Shown piece by piece: positions 7,636 to 14,918 of a stretch of DNA of 39,538 nucleotides. Positions within the stretch are counted from its first letter, which is position 1; the number at the start of each line of letters is the position of its first letter. The stretch is from NCBI GenBank assembly GCA_027031685.1, contig JALVPS010000223.1, positions 1-39,538 on the forward strand, given 5' to 3'. Made by a program: the position numbers and the translations under genes. Origin of the DNA: Gammaproteobacteria bacterium (GTDB lineage Bacteria; Pseudomonadota; Gammaproteobacteria; UWMA-0217). Under the pieces are notes generated by a model, which saw only the letters and a program-made list of their open reading frames with translations, was not told the origin of the DNA and searched no databases.

Positions 7636-8109
7636 ATGAGCTGCGCGGACTGCGGGCCGATGTGCGGCGGGCGCTGGCTGGCCACGAGCGACCCGGCGGC
7701 CCTGCGCCTGCACCTGCCCTGGCCGCCGGCGCTCAATCGCTACTACCGCCACGTGCGTGGGCGCACGCTCATTTCCCGCGAGGGCCGCGAATATCGCCGG
7801 CAGGTGGCGCTGCACTGCCTGGCGGAGGATCGCGGCGCCTGGCCGCTCTCAGGCCGCCTGGCTGTGCGCATCCAGGCCGCGCCCCCGGACCGGCGCCGCC
7901 GCGACGTGGACGGGATGCTCAAGGCGGTGCTGGACGCGCTCACCCACGCCGGCCTGTGGCGGGACGACAGCCAGATCGACGACCTGCGCATCGTCCGCTG
8001 CCGGCCGGTGCCGGGCGGGGCGCTGGTGCTGGATGTGACGCCGCTGGCGGACTGTGACGCCGTTCACGAAACGGGGCATTGCCTCGCACGCGCCGGAAAT
8101 CGCGAATAG
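7636..8109 (+). CDS. rusA: RusA-family Holliday junction resolvase
   Basis: LHLPWPPALNRYYRH.., PPDRRRRDVDGMLKAVLDAL, WRDDSQIDDL. Confidence 0.85.
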   Translation: MSCADCGPMCGGRWLATSDPAALRLHLPWPPALNRYYRHVRGRTLISREGREYRRQVALHCLAEDRGAWPLSGRLAVRIQAAPPDRRRRDVDGMLKAVLDALTHAGLWRDDSQIDDLRIVRCRPVPGGALVLDVTPLADCDAVHETGHCLARAGNRE

Positions 8110-8141
8110 AATCAATCCGTTACGCGATAGGGAGGGAGATC

Positions 8142-8555
8142 ATGCACAAGCCGCACGGGCTCACGCCGAAGCAGGAGGCGTTCGCGGCGGCCTACGTGGA
8201 GACGGGCAATGCCTCGGAGGCCTACCGGCGGGCCTATCCGCGCTCCGTCCGCTGGAAGGCGGAGACGGTGCACAAGCGCGCCTCGGAGCTGCTGGCGGAT
8301 GGGGACGTTATGGGTAGGGTGGAGGCCTTGCGGGCCGAGCACCGCAAGCGCCACCGGGTGACGGTGGACCGTCTCACGAACGAGGCCTGGGAGGCCATCG
8401 AGCTGGCCAAGCGGGAGGGGCAGGCGGGGGCCTATGTGTCGGCCCTGCAGCTGATCGCCAAGATGCACGGCCTGCTGGTGGACAAGCACGCGGTGAAGGC
8501 CAGCGTGGAGCACAAGGGCGTGACGCGGCTGGAGGTGGTGCTGGTCGATGCCTGA
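8142..8555 (+). CDS. terminase small subunit (P27-type)
   Basis: ATG 8142 after GGAGGGAG; LTPKQEAFAAAYVETGNASEAYRRAY. Confidence 0.8.
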   Translation: MHKPHGLTPKQEAFAAAYVETGNASEAYRRAYPRSVRWKAETVHKRASELLADGDVMGRVEALRAEHRKRHRVTVDRLTNEAWEAIELAKREGQAGAYVSALQLIAKMHGLLVDKHAVKASVEHKGVTRLEVVLVDA

Positions 8556-9798
8556 GGCGGCCCGCCAGGACGACGCCACGGCGCGGGTGATGCTGCCGCG
8601 CTGGGTGGCGCCCTTCATGCGCCCGGCGCGCTACAAGATCGCCTACGGCGGGCGCGGCAGCGGCAAGTCGGTGAGCTTCGCCCGCCTGCTGCTGATGGCC
8701 GCGGCGGAGCGCCCGCTGCGCGTGCTGTGCGCCCGCGAGCTGCAGAACAGCATCGCCGACTCGGTGCACCAGCTGCTGGCGGACCAGATCCGGGCCATGG
8801 GCCTCGACGGCTGGTTCACGGTGCGCGAGAAGGACATCCTGGGACGCGCCGGCAGCCGCTTCCTGTTCAAGGGCCTGCGCGGCACCCGCAACGACGCCAG
8901 CCAGCTCAAGAGCCTGGAGGGCGTGGACATCTGCTGGATCGAGGAGGGGCAGACCGTGTCCAAGGCCAGCCTGGACACGCTGGTGCCCACCATCCGCAAG
9001 CCCGGCTCGGAGATCTGGATCAGCTTCAACCCGGATCAGGAGACGGACCCGGTGTACCAGCTGGCCCTGAACCCGCCCGAGGGGGCCGTGGTGCGCAAGG
9101 TGAACTGGGACGAAAATCCCTGGTTCCCGCCGGAGCTGGACGCGGAGCGGCGCCACATGCTGCGCACCGACCCGGACCTGTACGCCCACGTGTGGGAGGG
9201 CGAGTGCCGGCAGGTGACGGACGCCCAGGTGCTGCGCGGCAAGTGGCGCGTGGCGGACTGTCCGGACGCCATGCCGGACATGGACGGGCCCTACTACGGG
9301 GCGGACTTCGGCTTCGCGCGCGACCCCAGCACGCTCAACCGCTGCTACATCCACGGCAACACGCTGTACATCACCCACGAGGCGCACCGCCTGGGCTGCG
9401 AGGTGGTGGACCTGCCGGCCCTGTACGACACCGTGCCGGGCAGCCGCTCGCACACCATCCGCGCCGACTCGGCCCGGCCGGAGATCATCAGCCACCTGCG
9501 CCGCGAGGGGTTCCGCGTGACCGGCGTGGACAAGTGGCCCGGCTCGGTGGAGACCGGCGTCAACGTGCTGCGCAGCTTCGACGCCATTGTCATCCACTCC
9601 CGCTGCCGGCACACCATCGAGGAGGCGCGCCGCTACAGCTACAAGGTGGACCGCCTCACGGGCGACGTGCTGCCGCAGATCGTGGACGCCTGGAACCACC
9701 ACTGGGACGCCGTGCGCTACGCCCTCGCGCCCCTCATCCGCCGCCGCATGCGCACGTCCACCGGCATCGTCGGGCGCCGCCGGAGGACCATCGCGTGA
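8548..9798 (+). CDS. terminase large subunit (PBSX / Terminase_3-like)
   Basis: Walker A-like YGGRGSGKS and ARELQNSI motifs, followed by a C-terminal nuclease half. Overlaps TerS. Confidence 0.9.
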   Translation: MPEAARQDDATARVMLPRWVAPFMRPARYKIAYGGRGSGKSVSFARLLLMAAAERPLRVLCARELQNSIADSVHQLLADQIRAMGLDGWFTVREKDILGRAGSRFLFKGLRGTRNDASQLKSLEGVDICWIEEGQTVSKASLDTLVPTIRKPGSEIWISFNPDQETDPVYQLALNPPEGAVVRKVNWDENPWFPPELDAERRHMLRTDPDLYAHVWEGECRQVTDAQVLRGKWRVADCPDAMPDMDGPYYGADFGFARDPSTLNRCYIHGNTLYITHEAHRLGCEVVDLPALYDTVPGSRSHTIRADSARPEIISHLRREGFRVTGVDKWPGSVETGVNVLRSFDAIVIHSRCRHTIEEARRYSYKVDRLTGDVLPQIVDAWNHHWDAVRYALAPLIRRRMRTSTGIVGRRRRTIA

Positions 9799-10064
9799 GC
9801 GTCGGGCGCGATTCCATGCTGGACGAGATCGCCCTGGTCATCGGCCACGACGCCGCCCTGGCCCTGTGCCACGCCTTCGGCGGCCAGTACATCTACGTGC
9901 CGCAGGCCGGCCAGCGCCGCCTGCGCGACCGCGCCATCGCCCAGGCCCTGGCCGCCGGCGAGCCGGTGCGGCGGGTGGCGGCCCGCTACGGCGTCACCCA
10001 GCGGCACGCCCTGCGCATCGCCGCGCGCCACAAGTCACAAGCCCCCGAGGAGTCCACCCCATGA
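9795..10064 (+). CDS. Mor / C-family-like transcriptional activator
   Basis: FGGQYIYVPQ..RDRAI..RVAARYGVTQRHALRIA. GTGA overlap with the TerL stop; alternative ATG at 9816. Confidence 0.6.
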   Translation: MSVGRDSMLDEIALVIGHDAALALCHAFGGQYIYVPQAGQRRLRDRAIAQALAAGEPVRRVAARYGVTQRHALRIAARHKSQAPEESTP

Positions 10065-11596
10065 GCCGATCCCGATCCCGCCGCCGCACCCCGGCCAAGC
10101 CCCGCCGTCACGCCGCCCCGCGCCGCCGCGTCATGGCCGCCGGCGCCCTGCTGCGCGACAACTACGCCGTGCACCACGTCTTCGAGGCCCTCGCCGCCCT
10201 GCCGGACCCCGACTCGCTCATGGCCGCCGCCGGCATCGAGCGCCACCAGCTGCGCCAGATGGACGAGCAGGACGACTTCATCCACGGCGCCCTGGACACC
10301 CGCCGCGGCGCCGTCCTGGCCATGCCCTGGCGGCTGGAGCGCCTGGAGGGCGGCGACGGCAAGCCGGAGGACGCCAACACCCTGTTCGTGTGGGAGCAGC
10401 TGGAGCAGAACATCGGCAGCGAATCCCTGGTGCACGCCCTGCTGCGCGCCGCCTGGGACGCCGTGCCCTACGGCTACTCCGTGGCGCAGGTGAAGTACCG
10501 CCGCCTGGACGGCGGCCGCGTGGGCATCGAATGGGCGCGCACCGTGCCCATGCAGGACTTCCGCCCCGACCGCGCCGGCCAGCTGCTCATGCGCGACGCC
10601 GCCACCGGCGACTTCCGCCCCCTGCGCGACAAGGAGCGGCGCCAGTTCTTCCTCACCCGCCGCTTCCCCACCTACGCCCAGCCCTACGGCGAGGCCCTGC
10701 TGTCGCGCCTGTACTGGCCCTGGTTCTTCCGCCACAACGGTTGGCGCTTCTGGATGCAGTTCCTGGAGCGCTTCGGCGACCCCCTGCTGCTGGCCAAGAG
10801 CGACCGCCCGCGCCACATGGCCGACGAGCTGCTCAGGCTGGGCTTCGAGTCCTTCATCTCCGTAGCCATCGACGACGAGGTCACCGCCATCCACGCCACC
10901 GGCAAGGACAGCTTCGAGCAGCTGGAGCTGGCCCTGCAGCGGCGCGTGAACCTGCTCATCCTCGGCCAGACCCTCACCGCCGACGTGGGCCAGCGCGGCA
11001 GCTACGCCGCCGCCAAGGTCCACAACGAGGTGCGCCTGGACAAGCGCGACGCCGACCTGCGCCTGGTGATCCCCACCGTGCAGCGCGTGGTGGACGCCCT
11101 GTGGGCCGAGAACGGCTTTTCCGGCACCCCGCCCACCTTCATCATGGACGACGGCCGCGGCCTGCAGAAGGACCGCGCCGAGCGCGACGCCCTGCTGGTG
11201 CAGGCCGGCGTGCTGCGCCTCACCAGGGACTACCTGCTGCGCGTGTACGACTTCGAGGACGGCGACTTCGAGGTGCCGGAGCAGGGCGCCGCGCCCGCCA
11301 ATCAGGGCATGGCCGCGGGTGGACGGCTCGCCCTGGGCACGGGCGCGCCCTACACGCCCGGCCAGCAGCGCCTGGAGGCCCTGGCCGACAGCGCCCTCGA
11401 CCTGGCCGGCGCGCCCATCGACCCGGACGCCCTGCGCGAGGCCATCCGCACCGCCCGCAGCCCGGAGGCCCTGGACGCCGCCCTGGCGCGCCTGGCCGCC
11501 GACGCCGACCCCGCCGCCTACCGCGACCTGCTGGAGCGCGCCCTGTTCGCCGCCGACGTGCTCGGCTACATGACCGCCGACCGGCAGGAGGCCTGA
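10061..11596 (+). CDS. portal protein, Mu gp29 / DUF935-like
   Basis: ATGA overlap with the upstream gene; 511 aa. Lies between terminase and MuF, with DUF935-like N-terminal motifs. Confidence 0.8.
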   Translation: MSRSRSRRRTPAKPRRHAAPRRRVMAAGALLRDNYAVHHVFEALAALPDPDSLMAAAGIERHQLRQMDEQDDFIHGALDTRRGAVLAMPWRLERLEGGDGKPEDANTLFVWEQLEQNIGSESLVHALLRAAWDAVPYGYSVAQVKYRRLDGGRVGIEWARTVPMQDFRPDRAGQLLMRDAATGDFRPLRDKERRQFFLTRRFPTYAQPYGEALLSRLYWPWFFRHNGWRFWMQFLERFGDPLLLAKSDRPRHMADELLRLGFESFISVAIDDEVTAIHATGKDSFEQLELALQRRVNLLILGQTLTADVGQRGSYAAAKVHNEVRLDKRDADLRLVIPTVQRVVDALWAENGFSGTPPTFIMDDGRGLQKDRAERDALLVQAGVLRLTRDYLLRVYDFEDGDFEVPEQGAAPANQGMAAGGRLALGTGAPYTPGQQRLEALADSALDLAGAPIDPDALREAIRTARSPEALDAALARLAADADPAAYRDLLERALFAADVLGYMTADRQEA

Positions 11597-11600
11597 GCCG

Positions 11601-14114
11601 GTGGCCGAGCACCCGCCCTTCGACACCCACCGCGACGCCATCGAATGGGCCCGCGCCCGCCGCGTGGTGCTGCCCACCGAGTACTACGGCCTGCTGCAGC
11701 AGCGCGCCCGCGCCCAGGCCTTCGCCGTTGCCGGCCTGTCCGCCATCGACCAGGCCCAGCAGGTGCGCGACAGCCTCACCCGCGCCCTGGCCCGCGGCGA
11801 GACCTTCGCCGACTGGCAGGCCCGCGTCGAGCGCGGCGAGATCCCCCTCCACCTGCCGCGCCACCGCCTGGACAACATCTTCCGCACCAACCTGCAGGGC
11901 GCCTACATGGCCGGCCGCTGCCGCGCCATGCGCCGCCACGCCGAGGCGCGCCCCTACCTCATGTACTCCGCCATCAACGACAGCCGCACCCGCCCCGCGC
12001 ACCGCGCCATGCACGGCACCATCCTGCCCATCGACCACCCGTGGTGGGAGGAACATCTGCCGCCGAACGGGTTCCGGTGCTTTCTGCCCGGCACGCGCGT
12101 GCGCGGGAATTTCAGGGTGGGCCTAAAAGCCTTCTACGCGGGACGCGCCGTGGAAATAGTCACGGCGCAGGGTGCACGGCTGGCCGTCACCGCCAATCAC
12201 CCCATACTGACCCGGCAGGGCTGGGTGCGCGCGGACCAGGTCGCGGAAGGCGATGATCTTGTCCGCTATGGCGGCGAGGTCGGGGGTGCGTCTGCCGTGC
12301 CTGGGCAGGTAGACGACGAGCAGCCGCCACCCACGGTGGAAGAGGTCTTCGAGGTGCTCGCGGCGCAGCGACTTGGCCTCGCCGAGCCAGCGGCGTTCGA
12401 TCTCTACGGCGATGCGCAGTTCCTCGAAGGCGAGGTCTATGTTGCGGGTGCCGAGAGCGTACTGGTGCCGGGGGTGCGCCCCGCGTGCCCGCAGGGCGGC
12501 GAGGATGTCCAGCTCGACCGGCGAGACCATGCCCCCCACGCTGGCGCCATCGGCCTGAAAGGCCTGCACGCCGCGCGCCCTGGAGACGAGCTGCCGCCCG
12601 GAGAGGTCGAACCCGAGTTCGCGCAGACGCTTCTTGACGTAGGGCTTCGACACGCCCAGCGCATTGGCGATCTCCTGCGTCGTGTGGCCGGCCTCGAACA
12701 TCGACCCCATGGCGAAGTCGTGCCGGGCCAGTTTGCGCCCGCGGGCGGCCTCCCAGGCCTTGGCGCACTGCCTCTCGACCAGCGCCCGGTCCTGTTTGAT
12801 ACGCGCCCACTTGACCTTTTCCGCCGCGCTGCGACCGCGCACCTCCACCCCGTTGCGCAGGAGGAAGCCCTTCACGGCATTCCGGCTGACGCCGGCCGCC
12901 TCGGCGATGGCCTTGATGCTCATCCCGTCCTTGTAACTGGCGATGACGGCGGCCGGGTCCGCGGGCTGCCATCGTCTGTCCTTGACAGAGCGCGGCTCGA
13001 TACCCCGCTTGCGCAGGATGATGTGGAAGCTGCTGGTGCTGATCCCTCGCGCCTTGAGCAGATGGTGCATGACGGCGCCAGCGGTGTACTGCTCGACCAG
13101 GTAGTCGATGTCAGACGGTTCGAGTTTCGCGGCCATGTCTATGATTTCGAAACGGAAAACGGCCTGATCGTGGCCGAGGGCATCGTAACCCACAACTGTC
13201 GATGCACGGTAGTGCAACTATCCGAGGCCGAGGCCCGCCGGCGGGGTGTCACCACATCGCCGCCCGAGGCGTCACCCGATGACGGCTGGGACTACTCGGT
13301 GTGCCACCACGGCCCGGAGGAGGGCGTGGCGCGGGCGGCGGACGCGCGCGAGCGGGCCTGCGCCGATCTGGGCTTCGGGGCGCTGTTCGGGCTGCGCGGG
13401 CCGGAGGACGTGCTGGTGTGGTGCCACAACCAGCGGGTGCATGAGGCGGTTACCCGTCTGGCAGAGCGGGTGCGTGACTGGGACGACGATGAGGCCCTGG
13501 CGCGCGCGGCGCTGGGCGACGAGATCTGGGAGAAGCACTACAAGGCGGCGTCCGATCCAGAGATCACCCTCGATCTCAGTGTTCCGGAGCGGGTGGTGGT
13601 GCGCGCCTATACGGACTATCAGATCGACGTCTGGCCGCTCATGAACCGCCTGGCCCGCGAGCTGCCGCACGACCGGCGTCTGCCGGGCTTCACCGACGAG
13701 GAGCTGTTCCGGGCCGGCCTGCTGATCTACCTGATGGACCGGGCTATTGCCAAGCTGCCGACCATCGAGGACGAGTTCCGGCGCGGGGTGAAGCCGGAAG
13801 GGCTGGGCGCCCGCCGCACGGCCTACGTGAAATCGCACACGCATCGCGGGCGCATCGTCTCCTGGGAGGGCTATACTTCCATCATGGCTGGCAAGCCGTT
13901 CGAGGGCAGCATTCAGTTCATCATCGAGGCGAAACGCGCCGTGGACCTGGGGCCGCTGTCGGTGCAAAAGAAACCGGAATTGGTGCTGCCGAGAGGCACG
14001 AAGATCAGGATATTGGATTACGAGCGCTTTGACGGGTATCTGAGAATAGAAGCCGAGGAGGTGGAGCATGAAAGGCCCATCAGAGGAGAGCATCGTTTCG
14101 GCATTGAAGCGTGA
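11601..14114 (+). CDS. MuF / SPP1-gp7-type head morphogenesis protein interrupted by an intein, with an ADP-ribosyltransferase-like C-terminal domain
   Basis: GTG 11601 after GGCAGGAGG. MuF motifs SAINDSRTRPAHRAMHG and PPNGFR|CRCT, the latter split by 373 codons. C-terminal motifs YTDYQ..MNRLAR, FRRG, GYTS, PELVLPRGTKIRI. Confidence 0.8.
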   Translation: MAEHPPFDTHRDAIEWARARRVVLPTEYYGLLQQRARAQAFAVAGLSAIDQAQQVRDSLTRALARGETFADWQARVERGEIPLHLPRHRLDNIFRTNLQGAYMAGRCRAMRRHAEARPYLMYSAINDSRTRPAHRAMHGTILPIDHPWWEEHLPPNGFRCFLPGTRVRGNFRVGLKAFYAGRAVEIVTAQGARLAVTANHPILTRQGWVRADQVAEGDDLVRYGGEVGGASAVPGQVDDEQPPPTVEEVFEVLAAQRLGLAEPAAFDLYGDAQFLEGEVYVAGAESVLVPGVRPACPQGGEDVQLDRRDHAPHAGAIGLKGLHAARPGDELPPGEVEPEFAQTLLDVGLRHAQRIGDLLRRVAGLEHRPHGEVVPGQFAPAGGLPGLGALPLDQRPVLFDTRPLDLFRRAATAHLHPVAQEEALHGIPADAGRLGDGLDAHPVLVTGDDGGRVRGLPSSVLDRARLDTPLAQDDVEAAGADPSRLEQMVHDGASGVLLDQVVDVRRFEFRGHVYDFETENGLIVAEGIVTHNCRCTVVQLSEAEARRRGVTTSPPEASPDDGWDYSVCHHGPEEGVARAADARERACADLGFGALFGLRGPEDVLVWCHNQRVHEAVTRLAERVRDWDDDEALARAALGDEIWEKHYKAASDPEITLDLSVPERVVVRAYTDYQIDVWPLMNRLARELPHDRRLPGFTDEELFRAGLLIYLMDRAIAKLPTIEDEFRRGVKPEGLGARRTAYVKSHTHRGRIVSWEGYTSIMAGKPFEGSIQFIIEAKRAVDLGPLSVQKKPELVLPRGTKIRILDYERFDGYLRIEAEEVEHERPIRGEHRFGIEA
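12078..13196 (+). mobile_element. intein (Hint domain; Cys1 ... His-Asn / Cys+1)
   Basis: Block A CFLPGTRV, block B LAVTANHPILT, blocks F/G GHVYDFETENGLIVAEGIVTHN, followed by CRCT. Confidence 0.75.
12123..13136 (-). CDS. homing-endonuclease-like protein (3 HTH modules + Vsr/DUF559-like PD-(D/E)xK core), antisense inside the intein
   Basis: The - ORF has normal amino-acid composition, while the + frame opposite it looks like an antisense shadow. Motifs MSIKAIAEAAGVSRNAVKGFL, TTQEIANALGVSKPYVKKRL, NIDLAF..IAVEIERRW..GWRLLVVYL. The start is uncertain (ATG 13136, GTG 13193 or TTG 13217). Confidence 0.6.
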   Translation of the reverse strand: MAAKLEPSDIDYLVEQYTAGAVMHHLLKARGISTSSFHIILRKRGIEPRSVKDRRWQPADPAAVIASYKDGMSIKAIAEAAGVSRNAVKGFLLRNGVEVRGRSAAEKVKWARIKQDRALVERQCAKAWEAARGRKLARHDFAMGSMFEAGHTTQEIANALGVSKPYVKKRLRELGFDLSGRQLVSRARGVQAFQADGASVGGMVSPVELDILAALRARGAHPRHQYALGTRNIDLAFEELRIAVEIERRWLGEAKSLRREHLEDLFHRGWRLLVVYLPRHGRRTPDLAAIADKIIAFRDLVRAHPALPGQYGVIGGDGQPCTLRRDYFHGASRVEGF

Positions 14115-14295
14115 AGACATGTCGCCCGGGTTGAGGAAGAGTCTTGAGGAAGACCTGGACTGGATTCGCCGCGGCCGCCCGGAGGACGAGCTGATCCCGG
14201 ACTGGATGATCGAGAAGATGACCTGCGAAGCCGGCGGCCGCATCCCGGCCCGCTTCAAGCATCTGCAGCACCTCAACGACGACCTTGAAGACTGA
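14068..14295 (+). CDS. small acidic hypothetical protein (75 aa), candidate immunity partner of the MuF toxin domain
   Basis: ATG 14068 after GAGGAGGTGGAG. Overlaps the MuF 3' end by 47 nt. Confidence 0.55.
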   Translation: MKGPSEESIVSALKREDMSPGLRKSLEEDLDWIRRGRPEDELIPDWMIEKMTCEAGGRIPARFKHLQHLNDDLED

Positions 14296-14788
14296 GTTCA
14301 CCCTCGAGGACCGCGCCCTGCGCAAGGCGCTCAGGTACCTGCGCCGGCGGGTGCACGACAACGCGGCCATGATGGACGGCATCGCCGCCGCCTGGGCGGA
14401 CCGGGTGCGGCTCGGCTTCCACGACGGGCGCGACCCCTGGGGCGATCCCTGGGCGCCGCTCAAGCCGTCCACCATCGCCCGCCGGCGCAACCGCTCCGAC
14501 CAGCCGCTGCGCGACACGGGCCGGCTGCGGTCCAGCATCTACCACCGCGCCGGGCGCGACTGGCTGGAGGTGGGGCTGGCCGCCAAGTACGCCGGCACGC
14601 ACCAGTTCGGCGCCCGCAAGGGCCAGTACGGCCGCACGCGCCGCGGCGCGCCCATCCCCTGGGGCGACGTGCCGGCCCGCCCCATGCTGCCGGCCAGCGG
14701 CCGCCACGTGCTGCTGCCGCGCGAGTGGCAGACGGACGCGCGCGACGCCGTGGTGGACCACTTGAAGCGCGGCCTGCCACGCGCCTGA
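14285..14788 (+). CDS. virion morphogenesis protein, Mu gpG-like
   Basis: GDPWAPLKPSTIARRR..PLRDTGRLRSS..GTHQFG motifs and a position after MuF. TTG start. Confidence 0.65.
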   Translation: MKTEFTLEDRALRKALRYLRRRVHDNAAMMDGIAAAWADRVRLGFHDGRDPWGDPWAPLKPSTIARRRNRSDQPLRDTGRLRSSIYHRAGRDWLEVGLAAKYAGTHQFGARKGQYGRTRRGAPIPWGDVPARPMLPASGRHVLLPREWQTDARDAVVDHLKRGLPRA

Positions 14789-14820
14789 CCCCTTCCCTCT
14801 ACGTTCCATCGACCCCTCCT

Positions 14821-14843
14821 GCCCGCCTCGCGCGGGCTTTTTT
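14821..14843 (+). terminator. Rho-independent terminator
   Basis: GCCCGC-CTCGC-GCGGGC followed by TTTTTT. Confidence 0.75.
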
Positions 14844-14864
14844 ACGCCCGGAATCGCCCGGCAC

Positions 14865-14896
14865 GGGTGACATTTGTCACCTGTAAAATGTCACCT
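14865..14896 (+). repeat. 32-nt element GGGTGACATTTGTCACCTGTAAAATGTCACCT, copy 1
   Basis: Identical to 35297-35328. Lies between a terminator and the protease/scaffold gene. Confidence 0.95.
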
Positions 14897-14918
14897 CCCG
14901 TGGGCCACCCTGCGGCCC

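Noticed and set aside
12290-13080. + strand intein linker as a conventional in-frame homing endonuclease domain
   Set aside because: No LAGLIDADG, HNH or GIY-YIG-like motifs are visible. Its composition is restricted to G/C-initial codons, which is characteristic of an antisense shadow.
14865-14896. 32-nt element as a standard sigma-70 promoter
   Set aside because: TAAAAT is present, but the -35-like hexamers (GTGACA, TTGTCA) lie at 11-nt and 4-nt spacings. No consistent -10 follows TTGTCA outside the conserved block. If it is a promoter, it must be activator-dependent.
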